Below are positions 54,317-63,105 of a DNA stretch of 64,000 bases, in pieces. A model generated the notes under the pieces. The model saw only the letters and a program-made list of their open reading frames with translations. It had not been told where the DNA came from and searched no databases. The DNA comes from Nitrospirota bacterium (GTDB lineage: Bacteria > Nitrospirota > 9FT-COMBO-42-15 > HDB-SIOI813), in assembly GCA_020846775.1 (NCBI GenBank), contig JADLDG010000023.1, positions 139,298-203,297 of the forward strand, in the 5' to 3' direction. How positions within the stretch are numbered: the stretch's first letter is position 1; the number at the start of each line of letters is the position of its first letter. Both the position numbers and the translations under genes were made by a program.

Positions 54317-54584
54317 ATAAATTACAATAATATAGTCCTGTTTTATGATAAAAGATTAGATCAGCTATGTTATGTATTTTCAATCTCTTCAGCCTTCTTA
54401 TAAATCAACCTCTGTAACAGACCTATATGTCCGGAGAGAAACAGTGTATTTCCTTAACAGATTTAAGACCCTCATCAGGGCTAATTATTCCCTATTCACA
54501 ATACTTGCAAGAATATCTCTGCACTTCTCCCTTAAGGGAAGCGGTCTTCCAAGGGCATACATGATTATCTTAGTATCATGGACT

Positions 54585-55376
54585 CTATTCGCCAATGCGC
54601 AACAGCAATCCCTTCACCTTTACTATTTTGAACATATAATAGAAAATGGCAATTGATGTGATGAAGTAGATAATATCAAGGGATGCCGCCCATATCAGAT
54701 TTTCAAGGGGAAAATGCCCGTCAGCAATGACCGCCCTCATCCCTTCAAATATATGCGAAGCAGGTACAAACTTTGCTATTTTCTGTATAAAGTCAGGGAG
54801 CACCTCAACAGGGTAGAAGACTGCCGAAATCGGTTGAAATAAAAAGGCGAGTCCCCATGCGAGGATTTCTGCCTTCTGGCCGTATCTGAGGATGACAGAT
54901 GATGTCAGGATACCAATCGCCCATCCCATCACTGCGAGACAAATGATGAACGGGATGAGGGACATACCTATTAAAAAAATATTGAAATCATAAATCAGAT
55001 AAGCGAGGGTTATAGTGACAAAAGATGCAGAAATAAGTTTGAAAATGCTGATAACCATAGTGGCTGCAATAAATTCGGCAGGGCGAAGCGGGGTTACAAA
55101 AAGGTTCATCAGGTTTCTTGACCACATCTCCTCAAGAAATGACAGGGATATCCCCTGCTGAGATCGAAAGAGCATGTCCCAGAGTATCAGGGCACCGATA
55201 AAAAAGGTTACAAAACCGGGAAGCCCGTCTTTGTACTGCTGCAGATAGACTGTAATAAATCCCCACACTAACAGGTCAACAACCGGCCAGTAAAAAGTCT
55301 CCATCAGCCTGGCCACACTTCTCTTGTGCAGGTAGAGATGCCTTAGAACGATCGCATTGATTCTATGTAATCTCAA
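54585..55376 (-). CDS. ABC-2 type transporter permease
   Basis: 263 aa, six TM helices, ABC-2 family topology; its start overlaps the upstream ATPase stop (ATGA). Confidence 0.8.
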   Translation of the reverse strand: MRLHRINAIVLRHLYLHKRSVARLMETFYWPVVDLLVWGFITVYLQQYKDGLPGFVTFFIGALILWDMLFRSQQGISLSFLEEMWSRNLMNLFVTPLRPAEFIAATMVISIFKLISASFVTITLAYLIYDFNIFLIGMSLIPFIICLAVMGWAIGILTSSVILRYGQKAEILAWGLAFLFQPISAVFYPVEVLPDFIQKIAKFVPASHIFEGMRAVIADGHFPLENLIWAASLDIIYFITSIAIFYYMFKIVKVKGLLLRIGE

Positions 55377-56107
55377 TCTCCCCTCCTTGCAATCTCAAGA
55401 AACAGCGCCTCCAGATGGTCCTTATTGAAACTCTTCAGAATCTCTACAGGAGCCCCTTCGGCAATCACTCGTCCTTTATGGAGAAAGATGATCCTGTCGC
55501 ACAGCTCCTCCATCTCCTTCATATTATGGGAGGTATAAAGTATGGTTAATTTTCTTGTATCCCTCTCTTTTTTAAGGATCGTCCGTGTCTTGTCTGCAAT
55601 ATCAGGGTCCAGGCTTATGGTAGGTTCATCGAGGAACAGAATCGCTGGATCATTCAGGAATGCCTTGGCAAGGGAGAGCCGTGTCAACTGACCGGATGAC
55701 AGGGTATCCGCAAGTCTGTTCTTCAGGTGAGTAATATCAAACAAATGCATGACGTCTGCAATCTTTTCTTTGTAATCCCTGATCCCGTAGAGCATGGCAA
55801 AGACCCGAAGATTCTCCCACAGGGTCAGAGACAATGGCATGGAGGTATAGGCCGAAAAGAAATTGATCTGGCTCAGGATCTTTTCTCTGTCACTTTCGAT
55901 GTCGAGATCAAATATCTTTACTGTACCTGAGGAAGGAGTCAGTGTCCCCAGAAGCATCTGAATGGTGGTTGTCTTCCCTGCCCCATTGGGGCCCAGAAGA
56001 CCAACGATCTCACCAGGATAGAGATTGAATGAGATATCATCAACGGCTGTAAAACCATCAAATCTCTTTTTTAGGTTTTGAACCTGAACAATCGGTTTAT
56101 CTTTCAT
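55373..56107 (-). CDS. ABC transporter ATP-binding protein
   Basis: Walker A GPNGAGKTT, signature LSSGQLTRL, Walker B ILFLDEPT; 244 aa. Confidence 0.9.
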   Translation of the reverse strand: MKDKPIVQVQNLKKRFDGFTAVDDISFNLYPGEIVGLLGPNGAGKTTTIQMLLGTLTPSSGTVKIFDLDIESDREKILSQINFFSAYTSMPLSLTLWENLRVFAMLYGIRDYKEKIADVMHLFDITHLKNRLADTLSSGQLTRLSLAKAFLNDPAILFLDEPTISLDPDIADKTRTILKKERDTRKLTILYTSHNMKEMEELCDRIIFLHKGRVIAEGAPVEILKSFNKDHLEALFLEIARRGD

Positions 56108-56165
56108 ACGCTGTTTGACTCATACAGGTGAAAAGCGGCATAAGGCAATCTCAGTATTGCGGCCG

Positions 56166-57509
56166 TCAGGTGCTGAACATCACTCCTTCCGGAAGTTTGA
56201 CGAATACCCGGAATCCTCCAAGACCCTCAGAGCGTCCGAAGCTTATTTCTCCGGAATATTGATCTATAATATCTTTGACGATGGAAAGACCCAGTCCGTG
56301 TCCTGCAGCATTCTCATCCAGGCGCACGCCCCGGTTGGATAAACGCTCCATTTCCTCAGAGGGGCATCCCGGTCCGTCATCCTCGATCTCTATAAGGACA
56401 CCCTTATCACATTGGACCCGCAGGGATACCTTGCTGCGCGCCCACTTGCAGGCATTGTCCAGCAGGTTTCCCATTAACTCCAGCATGTCTTCCCTGTCTC
56501 CGGAAATAACACCCTGAGCAGGTATAATACACTCAAACTCTAATGCCTTGTATTTATAGATTTTCTTTAGGGCATCGAGTATATAGTTTATCTCCTCTTT
56601 CAATACCACCTGTTGACCAGGTCCCGGGGTCCCGGCCAGGCGTGCACGTTTCAGCTCCCGTTCCATAAGTCCGCTGAGCTTCCCTGTCTGCTCAACGAGT
56701 TGCTGCCGGACCTCTTCGCATCTCTTCATATCATTGCGGTTTGACAACTGCATTAAAAGTGTTAATGGTGTCTTAAGGGCATGGGCAAGGTTGCCAAGGG
56801 CATTCCGTGATCGCTGCAGCCTCTGCCCCATGATCTCGAGTAATCTATTGATCTCGATAATTAAGGGACGCATCTCCCTTGGTACGTCTTCTCTTAGCCG
56901 GGTGATCTCACCCTTTTCTAGAGAAGTTATATCCCTGCGTACCCTTTCTAATGGAGCCAGCCCAGCGCCTACAATAAGGCGTTGAATAAGGATCATGATA
57001 ATCAATATGGCAATAGAGACAACTCCGTAGCCGGTCTGAAACCGTCTGATATCTGACTCAATACTTGAAAGGTCCTCTGCGAGGGCGATTATTACGGGCT
57101 GATTCTCCTTTCTATAGCCATTGGTGAGGAGAAGGAGGGGTTGCCCCCCTGGTCCGGAAGAGTGAGATCTCAGCGTTTCTCCCGCCTGAACGCTGGAGAC
57201 TGACAGCTCCTGATCCCAGAGTGATCTGGAGCGAAGAACGTGAAGACCTACTTTGATCTGATAGTAGTGGCCCGAGAATGGACGCTCATAAATAGAATCA
57301 AGTCGTCCTATGTCAATTGTCGGCTTGACGTTATCACCATTGATAATCAACGCCGACAGGAGGCTTTCAGTATCATGCTGCAGCCTTGATGCAACATAAT
57401 CTTCTGTCAGATATCTGATTGCCTTACTGACAAGTATCCACTGAAGACTGAAGAGAATCAACAGACTGATAATGAGTCCTGTGCTGAGGCGCGTCTGCAG
57501 GGAACGCAT
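56166..57509 (-). CDS. Sensor histidine kinase (periplasmic sensor, HAMP, HisKA, HATPase_c)
   Basis: Two TM helices flank a periplasmic domain of about 150 aa. The H-box is LAHALKTPL and the G-boxes are DDGPG...GHGLGL. Confidence 0.9.
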   Translation of the reverse strand: MRSLQTRLSTGLIISLLILFSLQWILVSKAIRYLTEDYVASRLQHDTESLLSALIINGDNVKPTIDIGRLDSIYERPFSGHYYQIKVGLHVLRSRSLWDQELSVSSVQAGETLRSHSSGPGGQPLLLLTNGYRKENQPVIIALAEDLSSIESDIRRFQTGYGVVSIAILIIMILIQRLIVGAGLAPLERVRRDITSLEKGEITRLREDVPREMRPLIIEINRLLEIMGQRLQRSRNALGNLAHALKTPLTLLMQLSNRNDMKRCEEVRQQLVEQTGKLSGLMERELKRARLAGTPGPGQQVVLKEEINYILDALKKIYKYKALEFECIIPAQGVISGDREDMLELMGNLLDNACKWARSKVSLRVQCDKGVLIEIEDDGPGCPSEEMERLSNRGVRLDENAAGHGLGLSIVKDIIDQYSGEISFGRSEGLGGFRVFVKLPEGVMFST

Positions 57510-58174
57510 TATTTAAGTATCCTGAAAACATATCCCTGGCCGCGCCGGGTCTCTATCCACTCTTTCCCAAGTTTCTGGCGAAGCCTGTTGATATAGACTT
57601 CAATGACATTACTGTCCTTGTCAGAATCAAAATCGTAGACATGTTCAGTGAGGCGGGTCTTGGATAAAACCAGATCCGGGTGCAGCAAGAGATAGCGAAG
57701 AAGACGAAATTCTATTCCCGTCAGATCCAGAGTCCTGCCGTCTGAAGTGGTCACGCACTGCTTATCCTCGTCGAGAGAAAGTCCGCCCGCTTTGAGAACG
57801 CCGCCTGCCTGTGCATTGACACGTCGTATCAATGAGTTGATCCTTGCAATCAACTCATCTACGTGGAAAGGCTTTGCAAGGTAATCGTCAGTACCGGCCT
57901 TGAATCCTTCTACCTTCTCAAACCATGCATCCCGGCCTGTGAGAATTATAACCGGGACTTTATTCCCCTTTGAACGCCAGTTTCTTAAAACCTCAAGACC
58001 GGGACGGCCCGGTAACCCGAGATCAAGAACGACGGCATCATAGGGAACCTCGTCCCCCATGAACTCGGCATCAACTCCGTTTTCAACGACGTCAATGGCA
58101 AAACCCGCGCGAACAAGGTCTGACTTTAACTTCTCGCTGAGTGCCGTATCGTCTTCCACCAATAGGACCCGCAA
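57509..58174 (-). CDS. OmpR-family response regulator (receiver plus winged helix)
   Basis: The sequence reads MRVLLVEDD with a phospho-acceptor Asp (VVLDLGLPG), and a C-terminal trans_reg_C domain (RLLRYLL...GYVFR). Confidence 0.9.
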   Translation of the reverse strand: MRVLLVEDDTALSEKLKSDLVRAGFAIDVVENGVDAEFMGDEVPYDAVVLDLGLPGRPGLEVLRNWRSKGNKVPVIILTGRDAWFEKVEGFKAGTDDYLAKPFHVDELIARINSLIRRVNAQAGGVLKAGGLSLDEDKQCVTTSDGRTLDLTGIEFRLLRYLLLHPDLVLSKTRLTEHVYDFDSDKDSNVIEVYINRLRQKLGKEWIETRRGQGYVFRILK

Positions 58175-58176
58175 TG

Positions 58177-58485
58177 CTATTTATCCTCTTTTCGTTTGAG
58201 TAATTCTCCTGTCCTGGCATCGAAATATAATTTCCAAACCACCCCTTTTTTATCGAGGATCTCTAACTCATAGATCAAACGGTTCTCCTTTTCTTCCAAT
58301 TCTACCTCAAGAATACGACCCGGATGTTCACTTCCGGACTTTTTTATAATCTCTTCGAGGGGAAGGATATCACCTGATTCTTTTAGCCTCCGTGCCCTCT
58401 CATGATCATCACCGGAGAAACATGTGCCTTCTGCCGATACTGCAAGGATTAAGACCAGTATGGTGATTTTCATAAAATCAGTCAT
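58177..58485 (-). CDS. PepSY-domain periplasmic protein
   Basis: About 100 aa with a signal peptide and a single PepSY fold (ILEVELEEKENRLIYELEILDKKGVVWKLYFDARTGELL). The ORF track starts at an upstream TTG (58497). An ATG at 58485 overlaps the stop of the upstream mini-ORF (ATGACTGA). Confidence 0.75.
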   Translation of the reverse strand: MTDFMKITILVLILAVSAEGTCFSGDDHERARRLKESGDILPLEEIIKKSGSEHPGRILEVELEEKENRLIYELEILDKKGVVWKLYFDARTGELLKRKEDK

Positions 58486-58624
58486 CCCAGCGGCCAAAAC
58501 CCGGTATCTTTATTTCGAGCTCATCATAGGAACCTGCCGCTGCCCGGGTATGACATGCATTGCAATTGATCAGGCTCTTTACTTCATGGCTGATAAATAA
58601 TCCTGCCCAAAGTTTTGTCTTCAT
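58478..58624 (-). CDS. Unannotated 48-codon ORF with a CXXCH motif (MKTKLWAGLFISHEVKSLINCNACHTRAAAGSYDELEIKIPGFGRWDD)
   Basis: Not in the ORF track because it is under 60 aa. A strong RBS (GGAGGAG, 9 nt upstream of the ATG) precedes it. Its stop overlaps the PepSY start, and it carries a CNACH heme-c-type motif. There is no convincing signal peptide. Confidence 0.35.
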   Translation of the reverse strand: MKTKLWAGLFISHEVKSLINCNACHTRAAAGSYDELEIKIPGFGRWDD

Positions 58625-58658
58625 TATATATCTCCTCCAGTAAAAAAGTAAATAATAG

Positions 58659-59060
58659 CTACTTTCCTTTTATAAACATCAGAAAATTCCCCTTCTCCTG
58701 CGGAGTACACTCGCGTCCCATAGTCCACTTGCAGTTCCGGTTAAACCACTTCTCGATAAATTTGGCATCGGTAAGTCGCTTTGAATTGACTGAAGGTGCC
58801 ATCGGTTCGATCGTTTTTCCAGTGTTGACCTGTTTACCGTTGATTCGCAGATCACTCTGGTGGCATGTGGCACAACTCCGTGCCCCCTGTACCGGATCTT
58901 TGAAAGGCTTATTCCACATCTCCTCTCCTGCTTTTGCATTGAAATTCCCTGCGCCGAGCCTATTATACTTTGCCAAGAGACCCTCGACTGCCGCTGCATG
59001 AACGAGGGTAGCTAAAAGCAAAACCAGTATGGCAGCGGCCGCTATTTTACTCGTCTTCAT
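58659..59060 (-). CDS. Periplasmic monoheme c-type cytochrome (SHP/DUF1924-like)
   Basis: 133 aa with a signal peptide (AAAILVLLLATLVHAAA), a single CATCH heme-binding site, and two further Cys near the C-terminus. It overlaps the cytochrome b561 stop by 14 nt. Confidence 0.7.
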   Translation of the reverse strand: MKTSKIAAAAILVLLLATLVHAAAVEGLLAKYNRLGAGNFNAKAGEEMWNKPFKDPVQGARSCATCHQSDLRINGKQVNTGKTIEPMAPSVNSKRLTDAKFIEKWFNRNCKWTMGRECTPQEKGNFLMFIKGK

Positions 59061-59634
59061 TAATTAATCCTCCTTTATAACCTGTAAACATTGCCTTGAC
59101 TAGATTTTCTCTATGCACGATACTTGACAGGACTACACCCATTACATGGATGATGACCAGGGTTAATGTAAATATTGAAAAAAACTCATGCACCTCTTCT
59201 AATGCCTCTGCCCAGTGACCTTCAAGACCGGACATCGCTCCGGCAAGCGGACCCGCATATTCCTTAGCCCCGTATAATGCCAGACCTGATACAGAAGTCA
59301 GCAGGAGACCAATGAGCAGGGCTATGATCATTGACCCGCCGGCAGGGCCGTGACCTATGTATCGTTTCGCCCTGAAAGTGACCAAATCTTTCAGATAATT
59401 CAGAACGACACGCGGCCGGTAAACAAAGTCAGAAAATCTTGCATGTTCAGATCCTATAAGTCCCCAGAATATCCGCAGTAACACGAGAACCAGCACCGTA
59501 TATCCTGCCACTATGTGGATGCTAAGAGGATCATCCTCAACAATGTAAGCGATGATGAAAGAGGACACCAGAGTCCAGTGAAAAATCCTGACAAAGGGGT
59601 CCCATACCTTCACCTTGTCTATAGCTCTCTCCAT
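59047..59634 (-). CDS. Cytochrome b561 family membrane protein (CybB-like)
   Basis: 195 aa, four TM helices with conserved His ligands (FHWTL...H...H) in the prokaryotic b561 pattern. Confidence 0.85.
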   Translation of the reverse strand: MERAIDKVKVWDPFVRIFHWTLVSSFIIAYIVEDDPLSIHIVAGYTVLVLVLLRIFWGLIGSEHARFSDFVYRPRVVLNYLKDLVTFRAKRYIGHGPAGGSMIIALLIGLLLTSVSGLALYGAKEYAGPLAGAMSGLEGHWAEALEEVHEFFSIFTLTLVIIHVMGVVLSSIVHRENLVKAMFTGYKGGLINEDE

Positions 59635-59956
59635 ATTATTTCTCCTCCTATTTTGTTGTTATGGGCTCAGTTTAACAGAGGTAGCTTAAATGGAGCTTAA
59701 AAGCCATATATTTATATTGGATAGGAAAAACTGTACTAATTTGTTGTAAGAAGATAAAATGAGGATGAGCACCACTTTTGGGTACACCCGGTCATTCCGG
59801 GTGAAGGGAAACCGCTATTTAAAGATATTAATGTGAGGCACAATCTTTAGCTTTTATAAGCAAAGTCTTTTAAGAACGGAGTCGTCTTGCTCGAATATCA
59901 AAAGAAATAATATTTTGTATTGTAAAGTACTCAACAAATCAAGAGAAGGAGAATTT

Positions 59957-60670
59957 ATGAAGAAATTAATATTGGCATTTTTATCAGGTATTTTGCTGTG
60001 CGGCACTGCGCCATCTATTGCACAGGAGTCAGGCCAGAAAGAAAGTCCTGCAATTAATTGGACGGATACACAAAAACTAAGCTATATCCTTGGGGTCCAA
60101 CTCGGCCAGCTCGGTAAAACCAGAGACATTACCCTGGATACGGAATTAATACTGAAGGGGATAGACGATTTAACAAAGGATCATGAACAGGCATTGTCAC
60201 CCGAGCAGATACAGCAATTTATGGCTGAGATGCAGCGTAAGGATCAGGAGAAGCAAACGGCCGCTATGAATGAAGCTGCAGAAGAAAATATCAGGAAGGG
60301 GCAGACTTACCTGGAATTGAATAAAAAGAAAGAAGGAGTTAAAGTAACCTCAAGCGGTTTGCAATACAGGGTGATTAAAAAGGGTGATGGCGCCACGCCA
60401 ACGGCTGCTGATAAAGTCAAGGTGCATTATCGCGGCACACTCATTGACGGTAAAGAGTTTGACAGTTCATACAAGCGTAATCAGCCTGCAATATTTGGTG
60501 TTACACAGGTAATACAGGGGTGGGTTGAAGGTCTGCAACTCATGAAGGTCGGTTCGAAATACGAATTTTACATTCCTGAGAATCTGGCCTATGGCCATAA
60601 CGCCCCCCCGTCCATCGGCCCAAACCAGACACTGATTTTTGAAGTTGAATTGCTTGAAATAATAAAATAA
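59957..60670 (+). CDS. fkpA: FKBP-type peptidyl-prolyl cis-trans isomerase (FkpA-like, periplasmic)
   Basis: The start was re-placed at MKKLILAFLSG with a GAAGGAGAA RBS. The protein has a signal peptide, an N-terminal dimerisation helix and a C-terminal FKBP domain (VHYRGTLIDGKEFDSS...). Confidence 0.85.
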   Translation: MKKLILAFLSGILLCGTAPSIAQESGQKESPAINWTDTQKLSYILGVQLGQLGKTRDITLDTELILKGIDDLTKDHEQALSPEQIQQFMAEMQRKDQEKQTAAMNEAAEENIRKGQTYLELNKKKEGVKVTSSGLQYRVIKKGDGATPTAADKVKVHYRGTLIDGKEFDSSYKRNQPAIFGVTQVIQGWVEGLQLMKVGSKYEFYIPENLAYGHNAPPSIGPNQTLIFEVELLEIIK

Positions 60671-60806
60671 TCAGACTTTCTCCTGATAACTTCATATGCC
60701 TTACCTCTAAGAGTAATGTCTTATTCCCGCCCCGACTGGATTTATTTGTAGTACGTACCTGTATGTGATAAAATAAAGACCATTAAGAAGCGGCAAGGGG
60801 GGTTCA

Positions 60807-62093
60807 ATGAATAAGTCCTTTCAAGATAAACTGTATGAATACTCCGGAGAGAAAACCGCTGGCAGCAGCTTCAATAAGAGATATGTCTTGAAGGCGGCTG
60901 GAATTATTATGTCAGGGATAGCCGTTCTCATTATCTCTCTGCTCGCTCTACCATCCCGGCTTCCGGCGCAGGACATTGGGGAGCAGCAGCAAACCTACGA
61001 ATTCAAAAAAGAAGAGCTGGCACAGATGCTTGCGTCAATAGCCCTCTACCCGGATACATTGATTGCAGATATACTGATGGCCTCGACCTACCCGATCGAG
61101 GTAGTCGAGGCCGAGCGCTGGCTTCGCCAGAACAGGAGTTTGAAGGGCGATGCGTTTGACGGCGCACTTCAGGTTAAGACATGGGACGCAAGCGTTAAGG
61201 TTCTTTGCCATTTCCCTGAGATAATCTTTACAATGAGCGAAAAGCTCGACCAGACGCGGAAACTGGGCGATGCCTTTCTGAGCCAGCAGGAAGACGTCAT
61301 GGATATGATTCAGGAATTGCGCAGGAAGGCCGTAGAACAGGGAAACTTGAAGACAACAAGAGAGCAAACTGTAATAGAAGATCAGGACGGAATCAGGATC
61401 AAACCGTCAGACCCTGTAATTGTCTATGTCCCGGTGTATGATCCTTTCTACATTTATGGTCCCTGGTGGTACCCATACTATCCTCCCTATTACTGGTATT
61501 ATCCATCGGGTACAATAGTCGTCGGAGGGAATATAAATTTCGGAAGCAGATTTTATGTCGGTATAGACCTGTTTTCATGGCAAAGGTTCGACTGGCCCCG
61601 GCGTGTTATACACATTGATCGCGATAGGGAAAGGCGTTTTGGCCATTTCGATCGTAACCGGCGAGGTTTAAAAGAACCGTACTGGCGTCATGATACATAT
61701 CACCGTAGAGGTGTCGCGTACAGAGACATGCATACAGCTGAGCGCTATGGTATTAGGGAAATTCGTCCGCAGGCGAAGAGCCCGGAGATGCGCGGTTATC
61801 AGGATCGCAGGTTCAAAGGACCGGAAGTTACTCCATCATCAGGTCAGGAGCAACGGCTGGATGTACATCCAGCAATGCGGAGGAGCCAGGGAAAACCTGC
61901 TCTTCAAAACACCCGGGGGAGTAATTTACCATTCCAGGGAATAGGCAACGGAAACTTTGAACGACGTGCCAGCGAACGCGGTGAAGTTAGCCGACAGAGA
62001 GAAAACAAGATTCGTCAGGACGGAAACATGAATCAACGTGGTGGAAATACCGGCTCAGGCGGCAATCGTAAAGACGGTAGATTCGGGCGATAA
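60807..62093 (+). CDS. DUF3300-family protein with an aromatic/Pro-rich segment and an Arg/Gly-rich tail
   Basis: A membrane anchor or signal sequence is followed by the conserved DUF3300 region (LASIALYPDTLIADILMASTYP). The rest is WWYPYYPPYYWYYP and a low-complexity R/G/N/Q-rich C-terminus. Confidence 0.7.
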   Translation: MNKSFQDKLYEYSGEKTAGSSFNKRYVLKAAGIIMSGIAVLIISLLALPSRLPAQDIGEQQQTYEFKKEELAQMLASIALYPDTLIADILMASTYPIEVVEAERWLRQNRSLKGDAFDGALQVKTWDASVKVLCHFPEIIFTMSEKLDQTRKLGDAFLSQQEDVMDMIQELRRKAVEQGNLKTTREQTVIEDQDGIRIKPSDPVIVYVPVYDPFYIYGPWWYPYYPPYYWYYPSGTIVVGGNINFGSRFYVGIDLFSWQRFDWPRRVIHIDRDRERRFGHFDRNRRGLKEPYWRHDTYHRRGVAYRDMHTAERYGIREIRPQAKSPEMRGYQDRRFKGPEVTPSSGQEQRLDVHPAMRRSQGKPALQNTRGSNLPFQGIGNGNFERRASERGEVSRQRENKIRQDGNMNQRGGNTGSGGNRKDGRFGR

Positions 62094-62132
62094 TTTACGC
62101 ATTAATAGTTCCTTGAGAGCAAGGGAGGAGTA

Positions 62133-63098
62133 ATGAACCGCATCATATTGCATAAGAAAGAAAATGGATCAGGGCTGCGTGTGATATTATGCATCATTCT
62201 TATTTCAACACTTATCATTGCACCATTATTGTACGCTCAAACCAATGCCATTTCACAGAAGGGCTTTTCCTCTCCGGAAGAAGCGGTAAATGGACTCATT
62301 GCTGCTGTAAGGGCACAAGACACGATGGCAATGCTTGCCATCCTGGGCCAGGGAGGAAAAGAGATGATTTCATCGGGAGACGCCGTGGCAGACAAAACCG
62401 GGCGTGATAAATTCCTTAAGGCATATGATGAAAAAAACAGCCTGCAACAGGGACCTGGGGACAAATGGGTGCTATCCGTAGGTAATGACAACTGGCCCAT
62501 GCCGGTCCCGATTGTGAAGAAGGACGGAAAGTGGTTGTTTGACCCTCGGGAAGGCAAGCAGGAGATCCTGAACCGCAGGATTGGAAGAAATGAGCTGCAG
62601 GTTATGGACGTACTTCATGCATATGTGGATGCTCAGCACGAATATGCTATCAAGGACTGCAGCGGCGGCGGCAAGGTCGAATTCGCACAACGGATAATAA
62701 GTACAAAAGGTAGACACGACGGCCTGTATTGGGAAACTGCTGAAGGAGAAGAAGAGAGCCCTTTGGGACCTCTGGTTGCTCAAGCGGCTGAGGAAGGCTA
62801 CTCAAATGAGCTGCTCTCGCCGTTCCATGGTTACTATTTCAAAATCCTCAAAGGACAGGGATCGAAGGCTGAGGGAGGAGCGTATAATTACGTAGTGAAT
62901 GGGAAAATGATCCTTGGCTTCGCCATACTGGCATATCCCGCAGAGTACAAAAACTCTGGTGTCATGACCTTTATCGTGAACCAGGAAGGTATAATTTATG
63001 AAAAGAATCTTGGCTCGGATACGAGGGAAAAAGCGGAAGGTGTGAAACTCTTCAATCCTGACCAGACATGGAAGCAGGTCAAGGAAACAGAGGAGTGA
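62133..63098 (+). CDS. DUF2950-family protein (secreted or membrane-anchored)
   Basis: An N-terminal hydrophobic segment, then the DUF2950-like core (SPEEAVNGLIAAVRAQD...). A strong RBS is present (AAGGGAGGAG). It is the classic partner of DUF3300. Confidence 0.7.
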   Translation: MNRIILHKKENGSGLRVILCIILISTLIIAPLLYAQTNAISQKGFSSPEEAVNGLIAAVRAQDTMAMLAILGQGGKEMISSGDAVADKTGRDKFLKAYDEKNSLQQGPGDKWVLSVGNDNWPMPVPIVKKDGKWLFDPREGKQEILNRRIGRNELQVMDVLHAYVDAQHEYAIKDCSGGGKVEFAQRIISTKGRHDGLYWETAEGEEESPLGPLVAQAAEEGYSNELLSPFHGYYFKILKGQGSKAEGGAYNYVVNGKMILGFAILAYPAEYKNSGVMTFIVNQEGIIYEKNLGSDTREKAEGVKLFNPDQTWKQVKETEE

Positions 63099-63105
63099 GG
63101 ATCTT

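Noticed and set aside
54372-54656. 94-aa plus-strand ORF downstream of the tRNA
   Set aside because: It overlaps the 3' end of the ABC-2 permease gene on the other strand, has no RBS, and lies downstream of a strong terminator.
54277-59634. Genomic island integrated at the tRNA-fMet
   Set aside because: There is no integrase, excisionase or phage gene, and no direct repeat of the tRNA 3' end in the window. The accessory-looking gene content alone is insufficient.
59785-59845. Riboswitch in the cytochrome-operon / fkpA control region (hairpin CACCCGG...CCGGGTG followed by GGGAAACCGC)
   Set aside because: I checked it against remembered consensus cores of common riboswitches (cobalamin, c-di-GMP, fluoride) and found no match. 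It is kept only as a generic regulatory hairpin.
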